From: a virus
DNA: 64,000 nucleotides
IMG/VR virus record: IMGVR_UViG_3300032224_000723
Coordinates: 32,001 to 96,000 of that record
Reading direction: 5' to 3' (one strand)
Under the pieces are notes generated by a model. The model was not told the origin of the DNA and ran no database searches. It worked only from the letters and a program-made list of their open reading frames with translations. This document shows, one piece after another, positions 1 through 9,800 of this stretch (its first letter is position 1; the number at the start of each line of letters is the position of its first letter). A program made the position numbers and the translations under genes.

Positions 1-89
1 TTTTTCCATAGATGATAAATATTTTAACAAGAGCATAAAAAAATTTTAGCCCTTGTAGTTTTTCTATTAAATATATTTAAGGAGTTTAT

Positions 90-785
90 ATGAACGCAAA
101 ACAATTTGTTAACAAGTTAGTTGAAGAAAACCAAGCACTATTCAAAGCCAGCCAGATCAATGTCAAGGCTTACTTTGATAGCAAGCCTAGCCAACAAGAA
201 CTAGTAGATCACTTTATTGGTCGTATGGTCAATGAGCGTATGAACATGGTTGAAATTGCTGCCCAAGTTGCTGCAATGCCAGCTGATGCTGATCCAGTTG
301 AACTACAGTTGTTGACACAACAAGCTCACGATGAAGCTGTTCACTTCCGTCTAGTTAAGGAAGTTATCGAGCACATCCAAGGTGCCCCACTTGATGTTAC
401 AGCCGCTATTGCCAGCGAAGCAAAAGCAGACACAGCTAAAGGTGCCGCACTATTGAAGAAATACGAAGCCGACACTGATCCCGCTGCTCTAGCTGCTTAT
501 CAGTTGGTTGCTGAAGGCCGTGCTGAAGCTGTTTGGAATCAAATGGCAGAGTGCATTGAAGATGAATTCGTATCTGGTGCTTATGCTAAGATTGCCAAGG
601 ACGAAGGATTCCACAGCAAAATTGGCGCACGTAAATTAGAAAAGCTAGTTGACAGCGTTGAAGAACAAGCACGTATTGAAGCTCTTGTAGCACAAATGCG
701 TAAGGACTTATTCGACATTAGTTGCAAGAACACCATGGAAGTTCCTGCCGCTAAAGAACTAGTAGCAGAAGCTTACGGATGGTAA
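90..785 (+). CDS. Ferritin-like diiron four-helix-bundle protein
   Basis: Two ExxH-type motifs (HDEAVH, DEGFH), helical; AAGGAG RBS and TAAATA at 68-73 upstream. Confidence 0.7.
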   Translation: MNAKQFVNKLVEENQALFKASQINVKAYFDSKPSQQELVDHFIGRMVNERMNMVEIAAQVAAMPADADPVELQLLTQQAHDEAVHFRLVKEVIEHIQGAPLDVTAAIASEAKADTAKGAALLKKYEADTDPAALAAYQLVAEGRAEAVWNQMAECIEDEFVSGAYAKIAKDEGFHSKIGARKLEKLVDSVEEQARIEALVAQMRKDLFDISCKNTMEVPAAKELVAEAYGW

Positions 786-786
786 T

Positions 787-1335
787 TTGAATATTGGACT
801 CACTCAAAGAGTTCTGTATTATAAAGATAGAGCGTATGATTCAATTGAGCATGGATGGTATTCATACTTAAAAGAACATACGCTTTGTTTTATAGCTAAT
901 AGAACAGATCAAGATTTCGACAAACTAGCAGACTCATTAGACATATTAATTATTACAGGCGGTGATGATAACGCAATTCGTCGCAGTGTAGAAATTAAAA
1001 TTGCTACGGCTATGTTGGTTAGAAAAAAACCTATATTAGGTGTATGTCATGGAAATTTTTTGTTGACATCTATACTAGGTGGAGAGTTAGGCAATATAGA
1101 AGATCATATGGAAACTATACATCCAGTTTACTATTTTGGTGACGAGCACATTGTAAACAGTTTTCATAATATAAGAATAGTAAAACCACACGATGAAGCT
1201 ACAGTATTAGTTGTGGACCCAGATGGAAATTGTGAAGCGTGGATAGACAAAACACTAGCAGGTATTACATGGCATCCCGAGCGTATGGACAAGCCTTGGA
1301 TACCTGATGAGATTCAAGACCTTTTAAAAATTTAA
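787..1335 (+). CDS. Class I glutamine amidotransferase-like (peptidase C26/PuuD-like) protein
   Basis: ITGGDD, nucleophile elbow GVCHG, NSFH, WHPE. Confidence 0.85.
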   Translation: MNIGLTQRVLYYKDRAYDSIEHGWYSYLKEHTLCFIANRTDQDFDKLADSLDILIITGGDDNAIRRSVEIKIATAMLVRKKPILGVCHGNFLLTSILGGELGNIEDHMETIHPVYYFGDEHIVNSFHNIRIVKPHDEATVLVVDPDGNCEAWIDKTLAGITWHPERMDKPWIPDEIQDLLKI

Positions 1336-1343
1336 GGAACGTT

Positions 1344-1652
1344 ATGAAAAAGAAATTCAATGATTGGCGACGACGTAGTGTTGCCAGATTAGTAAGTTGG
1401 CGCATAATAGGAGGTAGTGTAACAGCTGGTATTGTATATCTAGTTGCTAAAGCAGGTGCTAGTGCCGCGGAAACTGCTACTATAATTTTTGTATGTCAAT
1501 TTACTGTAAATGCCATATTATATTACATCCATGACAGAATATGGAATGTATTCCAATGGGGCAGAGAAGTGGTATTTAATGACGGTACAACTATTACCCA
1601 TGCTGAGTATTTAGAAGTTGCCAATCAAATTAAAAAAAATGAAACTGCCTAA
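1344..1652 (+). CDS. Small membrane protein (DUF2061-like)
   Basis: RS...SWRI start, two hydrophobic helices, YYIHDRIW motif. Confidence 0.65.
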   Translation: MKKKFNDWRRRSVARLVSWRIIGGSVTAGIVYLVAKAGASAAETATIIFVCQFTVNAILYYIHDRIWNVFQWGREVVFNDGTTITHAEYLEVANQIKKNETA

Positions 1653-2217
1653 TAGAATATTTTTTACAGGTGTGCCCGGGTCACGTTGGTCAGGTATTGC
1701 TCAAACTTTAGAGTCTATTCCAGGATTTAATACTACGGACCGTACACCCGAACGTACATATAATCATCACAGTTACACAGGACACCAAGGTGCGTACTTT
1801 GGGCCAGGCATGGAATTAGAATGTAGTTTTGATTCAGATTATATCGACAGTGCATGGACCGAACCTGGCGGCACAAGATTAGTTAAAAGTCATAATTGGG
1901 CGCATATATTATACGAAGTTGAACATCACTTTCCCGACGATTGGATCATGTTGGTATATCGTCCAGACATGGCTAGCTACGCCTGGTGGCACGAAGCAGG
2001 TGGATTTCAGATCAAATATCCTTGCTATGATGCTTACCAAGACAGCATGGGTATGTTGGCAGCAATAACAAGACAGAATCAGTGCATTTTAGAATATGCA
2101 CACAGCAAAAATGCCACTTGGCATCATTTTACTCCACAATGGGTTGAATCAACATTCGGGCACCCTGTGGAGATTAAAAAAACTTTCCCGGATATTTTAG
2201 TAACGGTGTTTAAATGA
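1639..2217 (+). CDS. P-loop/sulfotransferase-like protein
   Basis: FTGVPGSRWS loop, LVKSH, LVYR; ATG at 1639 preferred over ORF-track start. Confidence 0.5.
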   Translation: MKLPNRIFFTGVPGSRWSGIAQTLESIPGFNTTDRTPERTYNHHSYTGHQGAYFGPGMELECSFDSDYIDSAWTEPGGTRLVKSHNWAHILYEVEHHFPDDWIMLVYRPDMASYAWWHEAGGFQIKYPCYDAYQDSMGMLAAITRQNQCILEYAHSKNATWHHFTPQWVESTFGHPVEIKKTFPDILVTVFK

Positions 2218-2444
2218 GAGATCACGTTTGGTATATCAAGTACGCCAGTGCTTGTACAATTTTAGTAGCCATGGTATTCCATGTTATGGGTTGGACTCCA
2301 TGGAACAGTTTTCTACAAATGATCGGAGCCACTGGCTGGATCTACGTAGGGTATCGTTGGAATGAGCGAGCACTGATGTTGAATTTCATACCTCAGTTCT
2401 TTATCATCATCCCAGGTTTAATTTATATGTATTTTTTAAAATAA
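2214..2444 (+). CDS. Small 3-TM membrane protein
   Basis: Three hydrophobic segments; ATGA overlap with upstream stop. Confidence 0.6.
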   Translation: MRDHVWYIKYASACTILVAMVFHVMGWTPWNSFLQMIGATGWIYVGYRWNERALMLNFIPQFFIIIPGLIYMYFLK

Positions 2445-2453
2445 GGAGAGAAT

Positions 2454-3116
2454 ATGTCAGACAAACATTTATTAATTGTAACAGGACCACAAGGATCAGG
2501 TAATCACCTATTCAGTCGCATCTTAAGTCAACACCCCGACGTTGAGGGATGGGAAGACCTTAAAAAGGAATATTGGGTTCCCAGCGATCTAGAACCATTT
2601 GCAGACTACTGGGTTGATCCTACAAAATTAACAGCAGATCAATTTAACAATAGCAAGTATTTTCTAGCTAATGTAAGTTGCCCTGTATACATTAATGGTG
2701 TAAGGCAATTTCCTAAGATTCGTGAAGTTGCCGATCGTGCAAAAGAATTTGGAGTACGTGTTACCATTGCTTTAATTGTGCGAGACAAAAATATTAATAC
2801 AGTACAACAACAAAGACTCATGGGCGGATATACATCCTTGCCTGAAGCACAAGAATACTACTACAGCAACATCTTAGACAGCGGACACGATGTACACTTT
2901 GTGGACCACGAAGCATTTTTCCTACATGGCAAACACTATTTAAAATGGCTCAGCAAGATCATCGACTTCCCTATTGCTTGGGACAGCGACAGCATTTATG
3001 ATTTCATTGAAAAGGACGCTAATCACAAATATGTAACAGCCATTGACTCGCATTGGTTAGATGAACATATTCGTGCTGGCCGTAGGCCCTACAGCGAAAG
3101 GAATATCCAGAGATGA
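2454..3116 (+). CDS. P-loop/sulfotransferase-like protein
   Basis: IVTGPQGSGNHLFSRILSQHP resembles the sulfotransferase 5'-PSB loop; IVRD; AAGGAG RBS. Confidence 0.55.
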   Translation: MSDKHLLIVTGPQGSGNHLFSRILSQHPDVEGWEDLKKEYWVPSDLEPFADYWVDPTKLTADQFNNSKYFLANVSCPVYINGVRQFPKIREVADRAKEFGVRVTIALIVRDKNINTVQQQRLMGGYTSLPEAQEYYYSNILDSGHDVHFVDHEAFFLHGKHYLKWLSKIIDFPIAWDSDSIYDFIEKDANHKYVTAIDSHWLDEHIRAGRRPYSERNIQR

Positions 3117-3508
3117 AACGCATCTTAATTATGGGGTTACCGGGTGCGGGTAAAACTACATTGGCCAAACAATTGGCCGAACCATTGAATGCACAATGGT
3201 TCAATGCTGACGAAATTCGCGCCAAATACAATGATTGGGATTTTAGTACAGAAGGAAGAATCCGTCAAAGTCAACGTATGCGACAACTTGCTGATGCTAG
3301 TAAACATAACTATGTTATTGCTGATTTTGTTGCACCATTGGCAGAAATGCGTGAAATTTTTGCGGCTGATTATACTATATGGATGGACACTATTAACAAA
3401 GGAAGATTTGACGACACTAATAGTGTATTTGATCCGCCCACTCACTGGGATCTAAAAATAGTTAATTATGATTACAATGTGGAGAAGATTTTAGAGGCAC
3501 TGCGCTAA
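3113..3508 (+). CDS. Adenylylsulfate (APS) kinase-like protein
   Basis: Walker A GLPGAGKTT, NADEIR, DFSTEGR, DFVAP. Confidence 0.75.
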   Translation: MKRILIMGLPGAGKTTLAKQLAEPLNAQWFNADEIRAKYNDWDFSTEGRIRQSQRMRQLADASKHNYVIADFVAPLAEMREIFAADYTIWMDTINKGRFDDTNSVFDPPTHWDLKIVNYDYNVEKILEALR

Positions 3509-3531
3509 CAGCCAAAAAGCTAAATAATCAT

Positions 3532-4083
3532 ATGCCTGCAAATATTAAAGACATTTTAGAAAACATCAAAGACATCTACATGACAGATAGCAGTCTAACC
3601 ACATTGTTAGACTATGAACGTGTACTTGACGAGTTAGATTTATATAGCTTTCCTAATTGGAAAAAAGGCGAGCTAATTGAAGGCCCAATTTACGAAAAAT
3701 ACTTTGTAACTTGTAGTTGGATGTTTCCTTTTAGAGAAATGCCTGATCCCAGTGGTGCAGATCGTTTACTAAACTATGGCTGTGAAGTTACATTTAAAAA
3801 GGATCATTTTACATATCCTATTAACGTAAAATCTCCAGACGATTATAAACCTGGCACTAAAAGTCCACGCATGGTAGAACGCCCAATTTGGGTAGTTACT
3901 ATTACTATACCTAAAAAACTAATGAGTGATATTGAGCAAGGTAGTATTGAATTAGAAGGCGAAACCTTAGACCAAGAAGACATCGAACAAGCCTATGAAA
4001 CAGGAGCTGACGAAGATGTTTATAAAACCCCAGACGAGCAACAAAATGCACAAGCACAACCAGAACAACTTCCAGCAGTTTAA
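3532..4083 (+). CDS. Hypothetical phage protein
   Basis: Clean ORF; TAAATA at 3521-3526 immediately upstream. Confidence 0.6.
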   Translation: MPANIKDILENIKDIYMTDSSLTTLLDYERVLDELDLYSFPNWKKGELIEGPIYEKYFVTCSWMFPFREMPDPSGADRLLNYGCEVTFKKDHFTYPINVKSPDDYKPGTKSPRMVERPIWVVTITIPKKLMSDIEQGSIELEGETLDQEDIEQAYETGADEDVYKTPDEQQNAQAQPEQLPAV

Positions 4084-4681
4084 CGAAGGTCTCGAACAAA
4101 GTGACCTATCTCGTCTAGTACACCCCAAACTTCATATTGACGAATTTAAAAGCAAGATGGGCGACGACGCTGACATTATTGTTTTAAGTTTTAAAGTCAA
4201 TGGCAAGGAACCTGCAACAGACTTAATGAACTTTATTGAAAAAGGCTATGAGTTTGTGTTAGATTCTGACGTTAGTGCAGGTGAATTAGATGACGGTGAG
4301 TATTTAGTATTTGCAGAAATAGAGCGCGGTCCTGAAGCACCAGAACAAATTGTAGGATTGCTTGACGATATTTTAAATTTAACCGAACAAGAAATTGACA
4401 ACTGGAAATTTCAATATCGTAAAAGTTCTGTAGAGCACGATATAAGTGCTGATGAAATTGCATCCATAGTACCAACAACTCCTGAAGAATACGATGCTAA
4501 ATTTGGCGAGCCCGATGAGGAAGAACCTGAGTCCGATGAAGAAACTCCTAACATTGAATCTGACAGAGAAATTGAAGACATGATAAGTTCAATGCAGGAA
4601 TCTGCCAGAGTACCTATGCATAGAACTGCTCCTAAAAATGACTGGACAGAAAGCCTAAGGATAGCCGCAGGACTCAAGTGA
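4046..4681 (+). CDS. Hypothetical acidic phage protein
   Basis: ORF; ATG 4046 preferred (less overlap). Confidence 0.55.
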   Translation: MHKHNQNNFQQFNEGLEQSDLSRLVHPKLHIDEFKSKMGDDADIIVLSFKVNGKEPATDLMNFIEKGYEFVLDSDVSAGELDDGEYLVFAEIERGPEAPEQIVGLLDDILNLTEQEIDNWKFQYRKSSVEHDISADEIASIVPTTPEEYDAKFGEPDEEEPESDEETPNIESDREIEDMISSMQESARVPMHRTAPKNDWTESLRIAAGLK

Positions 4682-5547
4682 TTGACCTAATAACTGTGGT
4701 ATTTGAAAAAGAAATACCACTCATTGAAATTCAAGCAAGATCCATAGAACTTTACATAGACACAGATATAATAAAAAATATCTATGTTGTTGTCAACGAC
4801 GAAGATTCTATTGTAGATCAAATTAATCCCAATTGGTGGGGTGTACATTCCAACAAAGTTCAAATAATACCACGTAGCAAATACGGAGTTGACTCTACAT
4901 TGATTGGTTGGGATAGTCAACAAATGTATAAATTGTTTGCTGCTGAATCTGCAGAATCTTCTTGGAGTATGTGTTTAGATGCTAAGACTTGGTTTGTGCA
5001 GAAATTACAGTGGGACAATTTATTTGACGAACATAGTAGAGTTAAATTTAGAAGTATGCCAGTTATACCTGTTTTTAAATCTGCACAAGAATTTCTAGAG
5101 AAATTTTACAATATAGATATGAAAGAAGTCATAGGACCTGGCGGCGTACCTTTTATGTTTCACACTGAAACTGTAAAGTCTATGTTTAAAGAACTTAAAA
5201 TTCCTTTCTTAGAATTCTTTTCTACACACGTTAGACTTCCCGCAAATATAACCGAATTTATGTTGTATTCTGCATATGTTATACACAAGAACAGAGATTA
5301 TAGTAGCTTATATTCCAAGTCACAGTATTATCACATACAAAATTTAGCAGATTTTCAAATTGATCAATTTGACGAAATACTGGAAAATATGACCTATCCA
5401 GTGACACTAACTGCTTCTATTCATCTGCGTGTTTACCCATTACTGTCAGAACAACGGTTCGAACGCTGGTGCAATTTTCTACTAGAAAAGAACTTAACTA
5501 CCAACATTGAAAACACCAAAAGTCAGCTAAATATTTTGAGACACTAA
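4678..5547 (+). CDS. Putative GT-A-like glycosyltransferase/nucleotide-sugar-binding protein
   Basis: GWDSQQMYKL and CLDAK (DxD-like) motifs. Confidence 0.5.
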   Translation: MIDLITVVFEKEIPLIEIQARSIELYIDTDIIKNIYVVVNDEDSIVDQINPNWWGVHSNKVQIIPRSKYGVDSTLIGWDSQQMYKLFAAESAESSWSMCLDAKTWFVQKLQWDNLFDEHSRVKFRSMPVIPVFKSAQEFLEKFYNIDMKEVIGPGGVPFMFHTETVKSMFKELKIPFLEFFSTHVRLPANITEFMLYSAYVIHKNRDYSSLYSKSQYYHIQNLADFQIDQFDEILENMTYPVTLTASIHLRVYPLLSEQRFERWCNFLLEKNLTTNIENTKSQLNILRH

Positions 5548-5561
5548 TTCAAGGAATCAAA

Positions 5562-6194
5562 ATGGCAGACAGTTTCGAATTTGACTTTACACAAGATCAG
5601 CTAGAACGAATCATAGTAAAAAATCCTCACATAGACCATTGGTTTGAGGCACTATCAAAGATTCTGCCTGATTATGACATAAACACACCAGCTAGGGTAG
5701 CAGCATTTTTAGCTCAATGTGCTCACGAAAGCGGAGAATTTAGATTCATCCAAGAAAATTTAAATTACAAAGCAGAAAGCCTACGTAAGGTATTTGCCAA
5801 GTATTTCCCGTCGGACGATCTGGCGCAGGCCTATGCTAAGAAACCTGAGATGATTGCCAACAGAGTCTATGCTAACCGTATGGGCAACGGAGACGAACAC
5901 AGCGGCGACGGCTGGAGATTCTGTGGCCGCGGCCTAATACAACTTACTGGTAAAAATAACTACGCTAAGTTCGCAGAAAGCATTGATACTCCTTTGGAAC
6001 AAATTACAGAATACCTAGGAACATTTGAAGGTGCTATACAAAGTGCTTGTTGGTTTTGGGAAACCAATAACTTAAACAAATGGGCAGATGCTGGTGACAT
6101 TAAACAAATGACTAAAATCATTAACGGCGGCTACATTGGTTTAGAAGATCGCATTAAACATTATGAACATGCATTGCATGTGTTTGGGGCTTAA
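5562..6194 (+). CDS. Glycoside hydrolase family 19 endolysin
   Basis: AAFLAQCAHESG, ENLNY, GRGLIQLTGKNNY, SACWFW, INGGYIGLEDR. Confidence 0.93.
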   Translation: MADSFEFDFTQDQLERIIVKNPHIDHWFEALSKILPDYDINTPARVAAFLAQCAHESGEFRFIQENLNYKAESLRKVFAKYFPSDDLAQAYAKKPEMIANRVYANRMGNGDEHSGDGWRFCGRGLIQLTGKNNYAKFAESIDTPLEQITEYLGTFEGAIQSACWFWETNNLNKWADAGDIKQMTKIINGGYIGLEDRIKHYEHALHVFGA

Positions 6195-6197
6195 TAG

Positions 6198-6656
6198 ATG
6201 TGGTTATTACACTTCCTACCAGATAGTTTTATACTGTTTATCGTATATCTAGTATTGGCTGCTGGCGGAATTTTAACTGCTTTGTCTTATTTGATTAAAT
6301 GGATTCCAGGCATTAGCACTTACAAACTTCCTATGCGTATAGGGGGTATATTTTTATTAATTTGTGGTGTATACTTTTATGGCGGATACTCAACTGAAAT
6401 GATCTGGCGTGAGCGTGTCGAAGAAATGGAAGCTAAAGTTGCGTCCGCAGAAGAACAAAGTAAACAACAAAATACAAAGATTGTCACTAAGCTAGTTACA
6501 AAAACACAGACGATTAAGACTCGCGGCGAGGACATTGTTAAGTATGTAGATCGTGAAGTTGTCAAATACGACACAAAATTTGCTGCTGGTGGCGAATGCG
6601 AAATACCTAAAGAATTTATCAAAGCATTAAATGATGCAGCGGAGCAGCCAAAATGA
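6198..6656 (+). CDS. Inner-membrane spanin (Rz-like)
   Basis: N-terminal TM segments, coiled coil, C-terminal Cys; follows endolysin. Confidence 0.7.
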   Translation: MWLLHFLPDSFILFIVYLVLAAGGILTALSYLIKWIPGISTYKLPMRIGGIFLLICGVYFYGGYSTEMIWRERVEEMEAKVASAEEQSKQQNTKIVTKLVTKTQTIKTRGEDIVKYVDREVVKYDTKFAAGGECEIPKEFIKALNDAAEQPK

Positions 6657-6940
6657 ATTTACTTAAATTATTTGTATTAGCAATTTTTATTATGCTTGCA
6701 TTTTTGGCAACAGGTTGTTCCACCACTGTACCAGTTACAATGAAGTTTCCTGAAGCACCAGGTAATATTGCAATGACACCATGTCCACAACTACAAAAAT
6801 TACAAGAAGATGCTAAGTTAAGTGACATTAGTAAAACTGTGTCAGTGAACTATGGTACGTATTATGAATGTGCTGTGAAAACAGATGCCTGGATTGAATG
6901 GTATCAAAAACAAAAAATTATATTTGAAAGTGTAAAATAA
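6653..6940 (+). CDS. Outer-membrane lipoprotein spanin (Rz1-like)
   Basis: Signal peptide with lipobox LATG-C, Pro-rich, further Cys residues. Confidence 0.75.
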   Translation: MNLLKLFVLAIFIMLAFLATGCSTTVPVTMKFPEAPGNIAMTPCPQLQKLQEDAKLSDISKTVSVNYGTYYECAVKTDAWIEWYQKQKIIFESVK

Positions 6941-6941
6941 A

Positions 6942-7490
6942 ATGGCAGAAGAAAAGAAACCTTTATCACGTAGCGAACGTGAAGCAATTATTAAAGACAA
7001 AGCAGGATGGGTCATTGTTGTATTTGCGGCATTACTTGCTATCAACACTTACATGGGTGGTAGCAATGGCAGCAAAATACTAAACAACACTATCGATGCT
7101 AACAATACTTGGAGTTTCTATCAAGCAAAATCAATCAAGCAAACATTGACTGAAATGCGTTACGATGATGCAGTTGCCGCAAAGAATACAAAACGTGCGG
7201 CAGATTTAAAAGCAAAGATAGATCGATATGAATCTGATCCTGCAACAGGTGAAGGTAAGAAAGAGTTGATGGCTAAAGCACGTGGTTTAGAAGCCGACCG
7301 TGCAGTTGCTAAACAACGTAGTCCATGGTATACCTTTGCAGGTAGTTTATTCCAAATTGCTATTGTATTATTATCTGCTAGTATATTGGCTGTAAACAAT
7401 CAATTATATCGGGCTAGCCTATGGGTAGGCGGTGCCGCTATGTTGTTAATGAGCCAAGCAATTTGGCTGTGGATCCCGTCAATATTCTAA
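6942..7490 (+). CDS. Membrane protein (DUF4337-like)
   Basis: TM-coiled coil-TM-TM layout, WSFYQAKSIK motif. Confidence 0.65.
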   Translation: MAEEKKPLSRSEREAIIKDKAGWVIVVFAALLAINTYMGGSNGSKILNNTIDANNTWSFYQAKSIKQTLTEMRYDDAVAAKNTKRAADLKAKIDRYESDPATGEGKKELMAKARGLEADRAVAKQRSPWYTFAGSLFQIAIVLLSASILAVNNQLYRASLWVGGAAMLLMSQAIWLWIPSIF

Positions 7491-7568
7491 TACCAGAATT
7501 TAACCAAAATCTATTAAATACTAATAGCCCCATGGCTGAGCTATCGCTTGGGGTTTTGAGGTACAATA

Positions 7569-8405
7569 ATGGATCCGTTTACACTCTTTGCCCTAGCCAA
7601 CGGGGCAGTACAAGCCGTGAAAAAAGGATGTCAACTCTACAAGGACATCAAAGGTGCCGCGGGCGAAGTAAAAGGTGTACTCAAAGATCTTGACGATCAG
7701 TTCCACAAAAAGTATGACGGCAAAGCACCGCCACCGGAAGCCGTTAAACAACTCAACGAAGAAAAAGCCCGTGTTAAAGAACTAAACAAGCGTAGTGAAG
7801 AAACCACTGATATCTATGTAGAAATTGGTGACTACTTAGGTCAATACTATGATGCTTATTTCAAATGTCTAGCTGTGCTTGAGGAAGAAGAACGCCGTAG
7901 TGCTACAGAAGTTTATACCGGTGGCGATAGTCTAGCTAAACGTGCATTAAAACGTGTGTTAATGAAAAAGCAATTAGAACAAATGGGTGTTGAGTTGCGT
8001 GAATTAATGATATATCAAAGCCCTCCTGAATTAGGCGCATTGTTTACTGATGTCGAACTAATGACCAAAGAGTTAGGTAAACAACAAAAAGTTCTTATTG
8101 CCAAGCAGATGCAAGCAGACGCTGCCAAAGCCAAAAGACGTAAAGAACGTATGACCAAGTATCAATTTGAATTTGTTTTTGGTATGGGAGTGCTTGTTCT
8201 TATGCTAGTAATGGGCGGATTTTTTATGTGGGTTGCCCACGATGCACAACAACGTTGGGGAGGCTATATTAACCATGATTATCGAGACACATTAGAAAGA
8301 GTAAAAAAACAAGAATGGTTTGAGCATCAAAAGAAGTTACAAGAATACGAACTTTTCCTACAACAAAAAAGACAAGAGGAACAAGCACGTGAACCCGAAG
8401 AATAA
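7569..8405 (+). CDS. Coiled-coil protein with C-terminal TM helix
   Basis: ORF; TAAATA at 7515-7520; GAGG RBS. Confidence 0.6.
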   Translation: MDPFTLFALANGAVQAVKKGCQLYKDIKGAAGEVKGVLKDLDDQFHKKYDGKAPPPEAVKQLNEEKARVKELNKRSEETTDIYVEIGDYLGQYYDAYFKCLAVLEEEERRSATEVYTGGDSLAKRALKRVLMKKQLEQMGVELRELMIYQSPPELGALFTDVELMTKELGKQQKVLIAKQMQADAAKAKRRKERMTKYQFEFVFGMGVLVLMLVMGGFFMWVAHDAQQRWGGYINHDYRDTLERVKKQEWFEHQKKLQEYELFLQQKRQEEQAREPEE

Positions 8406-8724
8406 AACACTGTTAATAGTATTGGGTTCGATACTTGGAATTTTTCTAGTACCTGCAATACTAATCATATTTCACGACTACATCTATGCATTTATTTTTA
8501 TAACAACATTCCTGGGTTGTTTTATAATATTCGGGTATATCAGTTATCAAGAATTACTACCTATTATTAATGCTGAAAAAATTCAAGAAGAACAAATCTT
8601 CCATCAATTTCACGGTAACAAAGATAAAATGCGTAGATATCATGGATTTAAAAAGCATTTTGACGGGGATTTAAATTTAGAAGAATTAGAGAAGTGGTTC
8701 TTACACCTTGACAAACATCATTAA
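8389..8724 (+). CDS. Two-TM membrane protein
   Basis: GTG at 8389 with GAGGA RBS; hydrophobic hairpin. Confidence 0.55.
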   Translation: MNPKNKTLLIVLGSILGIFLVPAILIIFHDYIYAFIFITTFLGCFIIFGYISYQELLPIINAEKIQEEQIFHQFHGNKDKMRRYHGFKKHFDGDLNLEELEKWFLHLDKHH

Positions 8725-8864
8725 CGACGGGTATAAAAATATACACCAGTTAATGTTAAAACTGCTAAGATAGCTAACCCGAATATAACTAAGGAGATGA
8801 ATAGCCAAGCATTCTCAACTCCTTCTAAGTGTTCACGTAATTCGTCTAATAGGGATTTAGCCAT
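8721..8864 (-). CDS. 47-aa single-TM micro-protein (MAKSLLDELREHLEGVENAWLFISLVIFGLAILAVLTLTGVYFYTRR)
   Basis: Hand-translated, below ORF-track cutoff; minus-strand TAAATA at 8892-8897; stop overlaps the convergent stop (TTAA). Confidence 0.6.
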   Translation of the reverse strand: MAKSLLDELREHLEGVENAWLFISLVIFGLAILAVLTLTGVYFYTRR

Positions 8865-8975
8865 TATGTTGTTATTCTTATTATTATTCAGTATTTAAAA
8901 GTTTCTAATAGATCAATGTCATAGCACATATCAAATTTATGATTTTTAGTATAAATATTTGAAAGGAGTTCGAAT

Positions 8976-9539
8976 ATGGCTGAGGAAGTAGAATCAAAAA
9001 TGAGCGCAAGCGAAAAGAAAAAAGAAGATTGGATGAACAGCAAATGGCGTCCTATGATGGGTTGGATGTACATGAGCGTGTGTTCATTTGATTTCGTATT
9101 AGCGCCTATTATGTGGAGTTTATTACAAAGTTTAAGTCACGGTGCAGTAAATGTACAATGGCAACCACTGACATTGCAAGGTGCTGGTTTATTCCACATC
9201 GCAATGGGTGCTGTACTCGGTATCGCTGCACACGGCCGTACACAAGAAAAACTAAATGGGGCAAATAATGGCGGGCTAGGTGCCGGCACTACTTATACTC
9301 CACCAGCACCAGTCACCAGTGGAGGATTTGGAAATGCAACAACACCAGTTACCAACTCCAGCGGATCACAACCCCTCGGCGGAGGATTTGGTTCGACAGC
9401 GAGCACAGGAGGCTTTGGCAGTAGTTCAGGTTTTGGAACGGGAGCGTCTGGATTCGACTCCACAGTTGCCACAGCAAACCCATCAGTAAATGCTAAAGGA
9501 CAAAAAGTTGTTCCTCCAGCAGCGTTTCCAGAAATTTAA
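8976..9539 (+). CDS. Holin (3-TM GTA-holin-like) with Gly/Ser-rich tail
   Basis: KWRPMMGW motif, TM segments, GRTQEK; exact TATAAATA at 8950-8957 and AAGGAG. Confidence 0.75.
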   Translation: MAEEVESKMSASEKKKEDWMNSKWRPMMGWMYMSVCSFDFVLAPIMWSLLQSLSHGAVNVQWQPLTLQGAGLFHIAMGAVLGIAAHGRTQEKLNGANNGGLGAGTTYTPPAPVTSGGFGNATTPVTNSSGSQPLGGGFGSTASTGGFGSSSGFGTGASGFDSTVATANPSVNAKGQKVVPPAAFPEI

Positions 9540-9551
9540 AAGGATATTAAA

Positions 9552-9752
9552 ATGAGAGATTTAAAAACAGCATTTTGGGCAATATGTGTAGTTATTGGAT
9601 TTGCTTTCCCTGCATGGAACAACCATGTTTTTGCGGCAACACCAGTTAAAGCAGAAAAGAAAGTAGAGAAGAAAAAGAAGGAAGAAAAGAAAGTCAAAAA
9701 ACATAAAAAGTTTGATGGCACAAAAATTCCAGACGACAAAAAGAAAAAGTAA
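9552..9752 (+). CDS. Small exported Lys-rich protein
   Basis: Signal-peptide-like N-terminus, very basic tail; AAGGA RBS. Confidence 0.55.
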   Translation: MRDLKTAFWAICVVIGFAFPAWNNHVFAATPVKAEKKVEKKKKEEKKVKKHKKFDGTKIPDDKKKK

Positions 9753-9771
9753 TTAACTTTACAGAAAGAAC

Positions 9772-9800
9772 AAAAGGCAGCTTGACCACTGCCTTTTTTT
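9772..9800 (+). terminator. Intrinsic terminator overlapping the dnaJ promoter
   Basis: AAAAGGCAG-loop-CTGCCTTTT followed by a T run. Confidence 0.8.

Noticed and set aside
7511-7555. Hairpins in the leader of the 7569 gene as a riboswitch
   Set aside because: Simple stem-loop after a late promoter; no recognisable aptamer features, could be a terminator or stabiliser
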